Shown here in pieces: positions 45,998-55,074 of a DNA stretch of 64,000 bases. The position numbers were made by a program, and so were the translations under genes. The notes beneath the pieces are model-generated. The model ran no database searches and was not told the DNA's origin. It was given only the letters and a program-made list of their open reading frames with translations. Source of the stretch: Candidatus Saccharimonadales bacterium (GTDB lineage Bacteria; Patescibacteriota; Saccharimonadia; Saccharimonadales; 2-12-FULL-41-12); the NCBI GenBank assembly GCA_041906505.1, contig JAYRJB010000004.1:6045-70044 (forward strand). Direction: 5' to 3'. Positions within the stretch are counted from its first letter, which is position 1, and each line of letters begins with the position of its first letter.

Positions 45998-48040
45998 CTA
46001 GTCGACGCGAGCGTCTTGGTTAAGCAGCTTAGAGCGCATTTGGGCAAAACGCTTCTGCATATCAGCAGCTTGTTCCTCTGGGGTTGGGGCTTTTTTGCCA
46101 TTTGTTGTAGCTGCAGCCCTCGCTTGGAGCTGTTTTCCGCCGACAACATTCACAACTGGGATAACGATTGGACTTCTACCTGTTTGTTCGTACAGAAAAT
46201 GCGTCACATGTTCTTTGAGCTCTATTTTGAATCGATCGAGATCAACTCGCTTAAACCGCTGGGAAACAGCTCGTTTAAGTTCGGTCCGAAAGGCGTTCAT
46301 TAGTTCTTCTTGACCCTTCATATATATAAAGCCTCGACTAATAATGTCTGGGCTGGTCATGAGTTGGCCAGTTTTTTTATCAACTGTAAGTACCACGGCT
46401 ACAAGACCTTCGTTTGCCAGCATAAGTCGATCTTTGACCACCACATTACTTACTATTGCGCCGGTTTGATCTACGAGCACCGTACCGTATGGTACCCGAC
46501 CTAAAAGCTCCATTTTATCTCGGCTCAAACCAATCACATCGCCGTTTTCGGCATTAAGAGCCCGATTTCGGGAAATTCCCTCTTCAATAGCGCTCTCTAT
46601 ATGACGTTGTTTTGATCGATACGAACCATAGATGGGGATGAAGAATTTTGGCCTGGTCATTTTTATCATGTCTTTATATTCGTCAATGCTGGCGTGACCA
46701 GAAACGTGCAAGGGGCCAACTCCATCAAGATCATGCGTCTCATGTCGAAAGACATGTACGCCTTTGCGCATAAGTTCGTCAACCATATTGCCAATGAGTG
46801 CGTCATTACCAGTTTCTGGAATTGGGGTTGAGCTTAGCACAACCGAGTCCTGTGGTTTTAGCTTGATGTGTTTATGATCACCGGTACTCATTCTTTGGAG
46901 TGCCGAGTTTGGCTCGCCTTGAGAACCAGTACAAACCACCACCACGTCTTGATCTTTTAGTGTCGGTACAGTTGCAATCGGCACAATTGTGCCTTTTGGA
47001 ATTTTGACAAAGCCGTGTCGCACCGCCATTTCTAGTGTGCTTACCAAGCTACGTCCATCGAGCGCAATTTTTTTATTATGATGCGTTGCCGCATTAATAA
47101 TCATCTGAATTCGGTTAATGTTGGTCGAGAACATGGCCATAAAAGTGCGGCCCGGTGCTTGCTCCATGATGTCGACGAAGCTTTGTTCGATGGTGCTTTC
47201 GCTTGGGGTTCTGCCTGGCCTTTCGCAGGTGGTGCTCTCACTCAAAAGCGCCAACACTCCCTCTTTGCCGAGTTCGAGTAGTCTTTCGGTGTCGGTTTTT
47301 TCATGGTCAAGTGGGTTTGGATCAAGGCGGAAGTCACCAGTGTTAATTATGCGTCCAACCGGCGTGTCGAGCACCACACAAGTGCTACCTGGTATTGAGT
47401 GCGTAACCCGTACCAGCTCAACAAAAAACTCACCAATTTTTAGCCGTTCATGCGTGTCTTCGTTGAGCATAACGGTTTTTAGCTCAAACCCTTCGGGCAT
47501 TGGCAGACCAAAGTTCTCGAAAATTTCTTCGACCCGTCCGATGGTAAACTTACTGCCATAAATTGGTGCCGGATAAAGTGGCACTATATGCGGCAAACCG
47601 CCAATATGATCCAAGTGACCATGAGTGATAATGTAGGCCTTTAATTTATGTTTTACCGTTTCGAGATAGGCCATATCCGAAATCCCGTAGTTAATGCCCG
47701 GCAGGTCAACACCTAAGTCACTGCCGCAATCTATGACGACCACGTCGTTTTTATATTCGACAAGCAGACAGTTTTTTGAGCCACCGCCGTCCATGCCACC
47801 AAGGCCAATAACTTTTAGCTTAGGGCTATCGTCGATAAAGTTGGCGCGAACACCTGGTTCGTTGGTTGCATTTTCTGCAGTCAAATATTGGCTAGCGATT
47901 CGATGGGCATCTTCGGCTGTCCGTTTTTGGGCTCGAATTGCCGCCCCCCGGCTTACCGAACGGCCGTTCATCGGTGAACTATTGCCGTTGTTTTGGGCAC
48001 CATTCTTTGGTTTTGATTTGTTTGGTTGATTGTTATTCAT
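45998..48040 (-). CDS. rnj: ribonuclease J (metallo-beta-lactamase/beta-CASP)
   Basis: HGHLDHIGG motif and a beta-CASP region. Low-complexity basic N-terminal extension of ~70 aa and a basic C-terminal tail. Confidence 0.88.
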   Translation of the reverse strand: MNNNQPNKSKPKNGAQNNGNSSPMNGRSVSRGAAIRAQKRTAEDAHRIASQYLTAENATNEPGVRANFIDDSPKLKVIGLGGMDGGGSKNCLLVEYKNDVVVIDCGSDLGVDLPGINYGISDMAYLETVKHKLKAYIITHGHLDHIGGLPHIVPLYPAPIYGSKFTIGRVEEIFENFGLPMPEGFELKTVMLNEDTHERLKIGEFFVELVRVTHSIPGSTCVVLDTPVGRIINTGDFRLDPNPLDHEKTDTERLLELGKEGVLALLSESTTCERPGRTPSESTIEQSFVDIMEQAPGRTFMAMFSTNINRIQMIINAATHHNKKIALDGRSLVSTLEMAVRHGFVKIPKGTIVPIATVPTLKDQDVVVVCTGSQGEPNSALQRMSTGDHKHIKLKPQDSVVLSSTPIPETGNDALIGNMVDELMRKGVHVFRHETHDLDGVGPLHVSGHASIDEYKDMIKMTRPKFFIPIYGSYRSKQRHIESAIEEGISRNRALNAENGDVIGLSRDKMELLGRVPYGTVLVDQTGAIVSNVVVKDRLMLANEGLVAVVLTVDKKTGQLMTSPDIISRGFIYMKGQEELMNAFRTELKRAVSQRFKRVDLDRFKIELKEHVTHFLYEQTGRSPIVIPVVNVVGGKQLQARAAATTNGKKAPTPEEQAADMQKRFAQMRSKLLNQDARVD

Positions 48041-48055
48041 ATGTGAGGTTTTCTC

Positions 48056-48652
48056 CTATTTAGTAGTTTCAATTTGATTAATAATTTCTGGTAGTAACGA
48101 AAAGTCTTCGAACAAGGTTGTTTTTAGTCCCCCGTTATAGAGCGCGGCTGCTGGATGGAATAGCGGAAGTATGACAATTTTCCGATCACCAAGCGTAATC
48201 CGCTTTGGCTGACCATGAATTTCACTTATCCGGCGACCAGGAAGAAAGTACTCCATGCTGTGTCTTCCCAATGTGGCAATAATTATTGGTCGTATGGTGC
48301 TTAGTTCTTGGATAAGAAATGGCCAAAATGCACGCTTTTCCTCTGGAAGTGGATCTCGATTTCCTGGAGGTCGATATTTGACGATGTTGGTAATGTACAC
48401 GTCTTCTCGCTTGAGATTGACCGTCCGGAGCATTTCATCGAGCAGTTTCCCGGCTGCCCCAACGAAAGGTATGCCTTGAAGGTCTTCGTTTTTTCCAGGA
48501 GCTTCACCAATAAATACCAGTTTCGCTTTTGAATTTCCGTGGCCCATCACCAACTGCGTTGCAGATTGAGCCAAATCTGGACAGATATTACTCGCGAGAA
48601 TATCTGCCTTGATCTGATCAAGCTTTTTTGTGGTGTTTTTTGCTTCTGGCAT
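48056..48652 (-). CDS. udg: uracil-DNA glycosylase, family 4
   Basis: GEAPGKNEDLQGIPFVGAAGKLLD and HPAAALYN motifs. Confidence 0.85.
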   Translation of the reverse strand: MPEAKNTTKKLDQIKADILASNICPDLAQSATQLVMGHGNSKAKLVFIGEAPGKNEDLQGIPFVGAAGKLLDEMLRTVNLKREDVYITNIVKYRPPGNRDPLPEEKRAFWPFLIQELSTIRPIIIATLGRHSMEYFLPGRRISEIHGQPKRITLGDRKIVILPLFHPAAALYNGGLKTTLFEDFSLLPEIINQIETTK

Positions 48653-48863
48653 GTGGTTTGTGAACTAGTTTGGTGTGACGATGGAACAAACGAACGATAT
48701 TACTAATTACCCCCACAAAGAGCGCAATGGCGAGGGCATACTGCCAAAGGCTTCCCGTGTCAATTGCCCTGCTGACTATCACGTAAAAAAGCAGAAGCTC
48801 AACAACCGCAAAGGTGCAGTACCCTAACGGGGTAGCATGAAAATCGTTAATATCTCTAAGCAC
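48618..48863 (-). CDS. small membrane protein
   Basis: 81 aa with two hydrophobic helices. Overlaps the pnp stop and the udg start, so it appears translationally coupled. Confidence 0.45.
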   Translation of the reverse strand: MLRDINDFHATPLGYCTFAVVELLLFYVIVSRAIDTGSLWQYALAIALFVGVISNIVRLFHRHTKLVHKPHARSKKHHKKA

Positions 48864-50985
48864 TGTTTTCCCTCTTGGCTTCTTTCATGCTGAGCTGAAG
48901 TCGCCCTTTGTCGTCAATGGCAACCAGTTTCACGTCAACCAAATCTCCCTCTTTGACAACGTCACCTGGTTTTTCAACTCGCTCGTCTTTCATTGCACTT
49001 ACATGCACAAGACCGTCTTTACCTGGCAAAATTTCAACGAACGCGCCAAAATCGAGCACACTAACTACTTTTGCATTCTTGTAAATCTTCCCCACTTCTG
49101 GCTCTTCTGTTAACCTCTGAACCCACGCAATCGCGGCGTCGATGCTCGTCTTATCGGGGCTTGCAATCATGACTGTGCCGTCGTCCTTAATATCAATCTC
49201 CGCACCGGTCTCAGCAATTATTTTATTGATTGTCTCGCCGCCCTTACCAATAACCTCCCTAATTTTTTCGGGATTAATCTTGATCGCCTCTACGCGCGGC
49301 GCAAAAGGACTGAGTTCGACGTTTGGCTTTGGAATAGTCTCAAGCATGTGTTTTAGAATGTGATCTCTACCACTCTTTGCTTTTAGAAGGGCCTCTTTCA
49401 AAACCGACACCGGCAAACCATGAACTTTCATATCCATCTGGAGAGCCGTGATGCCCTTGGTAGTACCAGTTGCCTTAAAATCCATATCACCAGCAAAATC
49501 TTCAGCGTCGGCGATGTCCGACAAAATTATTGCCCTATCTCCATCAAGCATCAAACCCATTGCTATACCACTTACTGGCGCTTTTAGGGGTACACCGGCA
49601 TCCATCAGCGCGAGCGTTGACGAGCAAGTTGCTGCCATCGAAGTGCTTCCGTTCTGGCTCATAATCTCCGTGACCGAACGAATGGTGTACGGAAATTCAG
49701 CTTCGTCTGGCAATACCGCATCGAGCGCTCTTTCGGCTAGGTAGCCGTGTCCAATCTCTCGCCGACCAGGGCTTCCAAGCCGACGCACTTCACCTACAGT
49801 GTAGCCTGGTGCGTTGTAGTGATGAAGGTATCGGCGCTCAGCATCGCGTTCCATGGTGTCTACGAGCTGCACGTAGCTGAGTGGAGCAAGAGTAACGACA
49901 TTTAGAGCTTGGGTCATTCCTCGAGTAAATAGGCTCGATCCATGCGCTCTTGGCAAGAATCCAACTTCACTTTCGAGTGGTCGAATTTCATCAAGTCCCC
50001 TGCCGTCTGGGCGAGTACCACTTTCGACAATGTGCTTGCGAACGTCTTTATGGAGCGCAATTGTAAAGGAGTCGTCATATTCTTGACGTAGGGGTTTATA
50101 GTCTTCTTCGCCTATTTTAGCCTCAAAGTGATCGTGCATATTCTGGCGAAGATCTGCCACGAGCTGGTTTCGCTCTGGGTATGGTGCATGGAGGTTTTTT
50201 CCTAATTTACCATCTACCCAAGCGTCAACAGTTTCTTGAATTTTTTCGTCGGGAAGACTCAATTCAAACTCGTGTTTTGCAATACCAATTTTCTTGGCGA
50301 GTTCGTTTTGAAGAGCAATTGCAGGCTGCATGGCGTGGTGGGCATATTCAATCGCCTCTGCCACTTTCTCTTCACTGACTTCCTGGGCGCCCGCCTCGAC
50401 CATCATTACGCCGTGCTCTGTCCCCGCAACCACGAGGTCTAAAGGGCTTTTTTCAAGAGCATCCGGTGCCATAAAGGCCCGAAAATCGTCGTTTTCAATT
50501 CCGATTCGAAGCCCTGCAACTGGACCCTCAAAAGGAGCGCCAGTTAGTACAAACGCCGCACTCATCGCAATCATCGCAATCATGTCTGGTCGAAACGTCG
50601 GATCCATACTTAGAACCGTGGCAACACCTTGAGCCTCATGACGATAACCCTTTGGCCAAAGTGGTCGAATCGGCCGATCTATAAGCCGACCAATTAGTAT
50701 GGCATCATCGCTTGGACGACCCTCTCGTTTGATAAATCGACTGCCGCTAATTTTTCCCGCAGCATACATTTTTTCTTCGTAATCGATGCTTAAGGGGAAA
50801 TAATCAAACCCTTCTAGTTTTTGGGTGCCAACCATGGCCGTACCCAGAACAACGGTCTCGCCATATCGAGCAATAACGCTCGCACTCGTCCGGAATCCGA
50901 CTCGGCCAACTTCAAGTGTGAGTGTTTTGCCACAAAAATCGGCTGAAACGCTTACGATGTCCTTGCCTATGATATTTTTCGTCAT
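48856..50985 (-). CDS. pnp: polynucleotide phosphorylase
   Basis: 709 aa. Two RNase PH domains, then KH (IREVIGKGGETINKI) and S1 (GAFVEILPGKDGLVHVS) domains. Confidence 0.93.
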   Translation of the reverse strand: MTKNIIGKDIVSVSADFCGKTLTLEVGRVGFRTSASVIARYGETVVLGTAMVGTQKLEGFDYFPLSIDYEEKMYAAGKISGSRFIKREGRPSDDAILIGRLIDRPIRPLWPKGYRHEAQGVATVLSMDPTFRPDMIAMIAMSAAFVLTGAPFEGPVAGLRIGIENDDFRAFMAPDALEKSPLDLVVAGTEHGVMMVEAGAQEVSEEKVAEAIEYAHHAMQPAIALQNELAKKIGIAKHEFELSLPDEKIQETVDAWVDGKLGKNLHAPYPERNQLVADLRQNMHDHFEAKIGEEDYKPLRQEYDDSFTIALHKDVRKHIVESGTRPDGRGLDEIRPLESEVGFLPRAHGSSLFTRGMTQALNVVTLAPLSYVQLVDTMERDAERRYLHHYNAPGYTVGEVRRLGSPGRREIGHGYLAERALDAVLPDEAEFPYTIRSVTEIMSQNGSTSMAATCSSTLALMDAGVPLKAPVSGIAMGLMLDGDRAIILSDIADAEDFAGDMDFKATGTTKGITALQMDMKVHGLPVSVLKEALLKAKSGRDHILKHMLETIPKPNVELSPFAPRVEAIKINPEKIREVIGKGGETINKIIAETGAEIDIKDDGTVMIASPDKTSIDAAIAWVQRLTEEPEVGKIYKNAKVVSVLDFGAFVEILPGKDGLVHVSAMKDERVEKPGDVVKEGDLVDVKLVAIDDKGRLQLSMKEAKRENSA

Positions 50986-51000
50986 TTTTCGTCCTTTTCC

Positions 51001-51056
51001 TCGTCGACTCGATTCAAATATACACCTACAAGTATATCTGTATATCGACTCGACGA
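51001..51056 (-). promoter_or_regulatory. long hairpin in the rpsO-pnp intergenic leader
   Basis: TCGTCGACTCGAT at 51001-51013 pairs with ATCGACTCGACGA at 51044-51056: 13 bp with one C/C mismatch. An inner ATATAC/GTATAT pairing is also present. The hairpin ends about 15 nt upstream of the pnp start. Confidence 0.4.
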
Positions 51057-51167
51057 ATTTTGTTATTAAAAGAGAGTTTTCTCTTTGTTGTTTAACTCTC
51101 TGGTTTTAAGGACAATTCTGGTGTTTTTTTAAGAAGAATTGTACAAAACGAGAGACTCAAAAAAATA

Positions 51168-51434
51168 TTACCTGCGGATGCCTAACTTATTAATTAGCTC
51201 AAGATACGCCTGGCTATCTTTAGAAGCAATGTACTTTAGCAGCCGCTTTCGTTTGCCAACCATCTGAAGCAACCCTCTGCGAGCCATATGATCTTTTTTG
51301 TTGATCTTAAGGTGTTCAGTCAGTTCGACAATCCGTGCCGTCAAAATAGCCACCTGTACTTCTGGTGAGCCAGTATCCTTCTTATTGTCACCAAGATCGG
51401 CTACAATTTCCTGCTTTTTCTCTGTAGATATCAT
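51168..51434 (-). CDS. rpsO: 30S ribosomal protein S15
   Basis: Start at [42 protein letters not shown]. Confidence 0.92.
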   Translation of the reverse strand: MISTEKKQEIVADLGDNKKDTGSPEVQVAILTARIVELTEHLKINKKDHMARRGLLQMVGKRKRLLKYIASKDSQAYLELINKLGIRR

Positions 51435-51545
51435 TCGTTGAACACAATTGTAGCACAACTTCATCTGTTAGGCAAGTGTTTATTGTTCAATGATATTTGC
51501 TTACGCTTGCACTGTGCAATGAATGTCACTTACTATTACGTCGTA

Positions 51546-52832
51546 ATGCCTATCACAGTAATCTTGGGCGAGCAACGAGGCGATGAGGGCAAGGGGCGCT
51601 TTGTTGACTTGCTCATGTCAGAACATGAAATCGGTGCCAGGTTTAATGGTGGCGACAACGCTGGCCACACCGTTGTTCATGGCGACGAAGTGTACAAATT
51701 GCACGGTCTTCCCTCATCAATCCTACACCCTCACAAAAAAAGCGTTATGGGCAACGGTGTTGTTATCAACCCTGTTCGGCTCACGGCCGAAATGGACACT
51801 CTCTCGGCCCAAGGAGTTGAGATAAGCGCAGAGAATCTATTAATTAGTTCTGGAGCCCACCTCACCTTACAATCCCATATTTCCGAAGACGAGATACGCG
51901 AGTGCGGCGCTGGAGCCCAAGGCAGCACACGATCTGGAATTGCCCCTGTCTACGCCAGTAAAGCACTCAAATTAGGAGTACGGGCTGAAATAATAAATAA
52001 TGACTTGGATGGGCTTTTTCAAATCGCACTTGATGGCCTTATGGCCCAGCGTCATCTTCGTGTAGAAGCTCACTTACCCAATCTTGACGAAGAACGTATC
52101 GCAACAGCGTTTATCAAATCAGCCCAGCGTCTTGGCGAATTTGTAACTGATACGGCCTTGTTTCTAAATAGAGAGCTCAAAAAAGGCACACCAATTCTGG
52201 CAGAAGGCGCACAGGCTTTCCTACTCGATATTGATCACGGGATGTATCCCTTTGTCACGTCGTCTTCAACCACTTCTGGTGGTGTAGTCACTGGCTTGGG
52301 AGTGCCCTGTGAAAAATATCGGGTCGTAGGAGTTTCAAAGGCTGTTCAATCTCATGTGGGTGGAGGGCCATTTGTTACTGAGATAAACGACCCGCAGATA
52401 CTTGAAAAACTGCATGGCAAAATGTCAGCTGTCGATGCCGAGCGTGGCACTACTACCGGGAGAACCAGACGGCTTGGGTTTCTCGATTTGCCCGCAATAA
52501 AGCGGTCACAAATGATAAATGGCACAGACGAAATGGCGCTTACCAAGCTGGACTGGGTACCAAGATTTGGAAAAACTATCCCTATTTGTGTTGCTTACGT
52601 AAGAAAAGGCAAAACTCTGGACATTGCACCAGACGCGGCTTACAAGCTCGAGCAATCAACCCCGGTGTATCAAGAACTTTCAAGTTGGGATGAAGATGTC
52701 TCGCACGCTCGTAGATACAAACATCTGCCACCTGCCGCAAAAAAATATCTCGATTTTATCGAAGAACAGACGCAAACACCAATTACCTTCGTTGGCGTTG
52801 GTCCAGAACGCGATCAAGTTGTTATCCGATGA
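51546..52832 (+). CDS. purA: adenylosuccinate synthetase
   Basis: Start at MPITVILGEQRGDEGKGRFVD (P-loop GDEGKG). GNGVVI, TTGRTRR. Confidence 0.92.
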   Translation: MPITVILGEQRGDEGKGRFVDLLMSEHEIGARFNGGDNAGHTVVHGDEVYKLHGLPSSILHPHKKSVMGNGVVINPVRLTAEMDTLSAQGVEISAENLLISSGAHLTLQSHISEDEIRECGAGAQGSTRSGIAPVYASKALKLGVRAEIINNDLDGLFQIALDGLMAQRHLRVEAHLPNLDEERIATAFIKSAQRLGEFVTDTALFLNRELKKGTPILAEGAQAFLLDIDHGMYPFVTSSSTTSGGVVTGLGVPCEKYRVVGVSKAVQSHVGGGPFVTEINDPQILEKLHGKMSAVDAERGTTTGRTRRLGFLDLPAIKRSQMINGTDEMALTKLDWVPRFGKTIPICVAYVRKGKTLDIAPDAAYKLEQSTPVYQELSSWDEDVSHARRYKHLPPAAKKYLDFIEEQTQTPITFVGVGPERDQVVIR

Positions 52833-54314
52833 TCATTTTACTTGAACGTCGTGTATGTGGGACTCGGCAAGTCCAGAGTTGGTGATCCTAATAAATCGGG
52901 TATTTTTGCGATGATCTTCGATGTTTTGGGCACCCACATATGCCAAACTCTTTCTTAAAGCTTTGATATAGCCTTCGACTAACGGCACCACGGAACCTTT
53001 GTATGGAACATAGGCCTCAACCCCTTCTGGCAGCGGATCTTCCATTCCAGGTGCACCGTAGCGCATTTTCGCCGCACTACTATCTCTAATTGCAGCCGCC
53101 GAACCCATTCCACGATATTCTTTTACTCGGCTGCCGTTTTTAAGTTCAATTACCTTTCCTGGCGCCTCGTCGGTGCCGGCAAGCATATTTCCCATCATGA
53201 CTGAATGCGCGCCAGCCGCAATAGCGATTGAGATGTCGCCAGGGTAGCGCAAGCCACCGTCGGCACAAATCGGCACACCCATACCCCTTATCGCCCTTGC
53301 GGAGTTATATACGGCGGTAACCTGGGGCGTACCAATACCGGTTATAGGCCTGGTTGTACATATTGCCCCAGGTCCTTGGCCTTCTTTCACTCCGTCTGTT
53401 CCCATATCTACAAGCAATCTTGCAGACGAGCCCTCCGAGATGTTACCAATCATAATATCAACGCTAGAAAGCTCTTCTTTTGCATATTTGAGAGTCGACC
53501 GGGCATATTTTGAGTCGCCCATTGCCGAATCAAAAACAGCAACGTCAAGATACTTTTCCATACTCTTTATTGCGTCAATCGACTCCTCGCTTGTTGGAAA
53601 TGCCGCCGCTACAATTAGGCGTCCCTTTTGATCAACGTTGTAGTTTTGCGGGTTTCCTTCAATCACCCTCTGAACGTCAGACAGAATATACATTCCAGAA
53701 AGTTCCCCTGCTTCAGTAACAAGCGGCAGGGTTTTCTTCTTATGTAGGCGCATGATGCTGTAGGCTTCCTCGATTGACGTGTGTTCTGGAGCCGAGACAA
53801 CATCGCGTAGCGGAGTCATTGCATCTGAAACCAACGTGGATCGATCGCTAAATATCTCAAAGTCATTTTGAGTTAATATACCGACCAGCTTATGATTTTC
53901 ATCTTCTACCGGAAATGTACTAAACTCGAATTGCTTTTTATCCTTTTGTTCCAACACCGTCGATAAGGTCTGCGTATCTTGAACAGTGACTGGTTTCTCG
54001 ATAAGTCCGTTCAAGTGCAGTTTTACGCGCCGCACCTCCTCTCGTTGTCGTTCTGGTTCCATGCCAGCATGAATCACACCTAAACCACCGAGTTTTGCCA
54101 TCGCAATAGCCATCGATGATTCTGTGACAGTGTCCATAGCTGCACTGACCAGCGGAACTTTGAGCTCTACGTTCTTGGTGAATTGACTACGAATACTTAC
54201 TTCCGTCTGATCATAGTCACTTGCCGCCGTCCGGAGTCGGACGTCATCGAAAGTAAGCGCAAGACCTACACTATTGTGGTATTCAAAAAAATCATTTTTG
54301 CTTAACTCTGCCAT
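52833..54314 (-). CDS. guaB: IMP dehydrogenase
   Basis: 493 aa. Tandem CBS insert, catalytic loop GPGAICTTR, GGLRYPGDI. Confidence 0.92.
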   Translation of the reverse strand: MAELSKNDFFEYHNSVGLALTFDDVRLRTAASDYDQTEVSIRSQFTKNVELKVPLVSAAMDTVTESSMAIAMAKLGGLGVIHAGMEPERQREEVRRVKLHLNGLIEKPVTVQDTQTLSTVLEQKDKKQFEFSTFPVEDENHKLVGILTQNDFEIFSDRSTLVSDAMTPLRDVVSAPEHTSIEEAYSIMRLHKKKTLPLVTEAGELSGMYILSDVQRVIEGNPQNYNVDQKGRLIVAAAFPTSEESIDAIKSMEKYLDVAVFDSAMGDSKYARSTLKYAKEELSSVDIMIGNISEGSSARLLVDMGTDGVKEGQGPGAICTTRPITGIGTPQVTAVYNSARAIRGMGVPICADGGLRYPGDISIAIAAGAHSVMMGNMLAGTDEAPGKVIELKNGSRVKEYRGMGSAAAIRDSSAAKMRYGAPGMEDPLPEGVEAYVPYKGSVVPLVEGYIKALRKSLAYVGAQNIEDHRKNTRFIRITNSGLAESHIHDVQVK

Positions 54315-54388
54315 ATTCGCCCTCCAAAAGTGTTAGAAGTTGTATACCACGATAGCACACCACCAGATGCAGTAACAACGATAAGCAC

Positions 54389-55066
54389 TTAGATTTTATG
54401 AATGTCTTTTGGAGTAACTTTTTGCGGTAATTTTGCGTTGGAAATCTTGAAAGATCCAACAGAAACACGCCGAAGACTCGACAAATACGCCCCCGTGCCA
54501 AGCTTGGCACCAATATCTTGAACAAGACTTCTAATATAGGTCCCACTGCCGACATCAGCAACAAACGACGCAAAGGGATAATCGTAGTCTTGCAAGACAA
54601 TTTTGTGTATTGTGACAGATCGAGGTTCAAGCTTTGGTTCTATGCCCTCTCGAGCCAATTTGTACGCCCGCTTTCCATCAACTTTGATTGCCGAAAACGC
54701 GGGGGGAACTTGTTCGACCGTCCCCACAAACTCCATGATTGCGTTTTTTATTTGCGTTTCAGTAGGCACATGGGTTGCTACTTGGATTTTTGTGCCCTCC
54801 TCGTCGCCAGTGGTGCTGGTTTCGCCCAACTTCATTGTCACTTGGTACGTTTTATCGAGCTTCGAAAACTCTTGCGCGCGTTTGCAATATGAACCAACAA
54901 CCACAATCATGAGTCCGGTTGCCAGCGGATCAAGCGTCCCTGTGTGCCCAACCTTAATCTTCTTGCCGGTTTGAGCCTTTAGTAAACCTCGGATCTTTGC
55001 CACCACATCAAAAGACGTCCAGTCTCTTGGTTTATCAACAAGAAGTATTCCATCAATGGTGTCCAC
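54389..55066 (-). CDS. truB: tRNA pseudouridine(55) synthase
   Basis: GILLVDKPRDWTSFDVV, and GHTGTLDPLATGL with the catalytic Asp. Confidence 0.92.
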   Translation of the reverse strand: MDTIDGILLVDKPRDWTSFDVVAKIRGLLKAQTGKKIKVGHTGTLDPLATGLMIVVVGSYCKRAQEFSKLDKTYQVTMKLGETSTTGDEEGTKIQVATHVPTETQIKNAIMEFVGTVEQVPPAFSAIKVDGKRAYKLAREGIEPKLEPRSVTIHKIVLQDYDYPFASFVADVGSGTYIRSLVQDIGAKLGTGAYLSSLRRVSVGSFKISNAKLPQKVTPKDIHKI

Positions 55067-55074
55067 GGGGTGGA

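Noticed and set aside
54292-54630. 112-aa minus-strand ORF spanning the guaB-truB junction
   Set aside because: It overlaps the truB 3' end in another frame and the guaB start. Its low-complexity translation makes it unlikely to be real.
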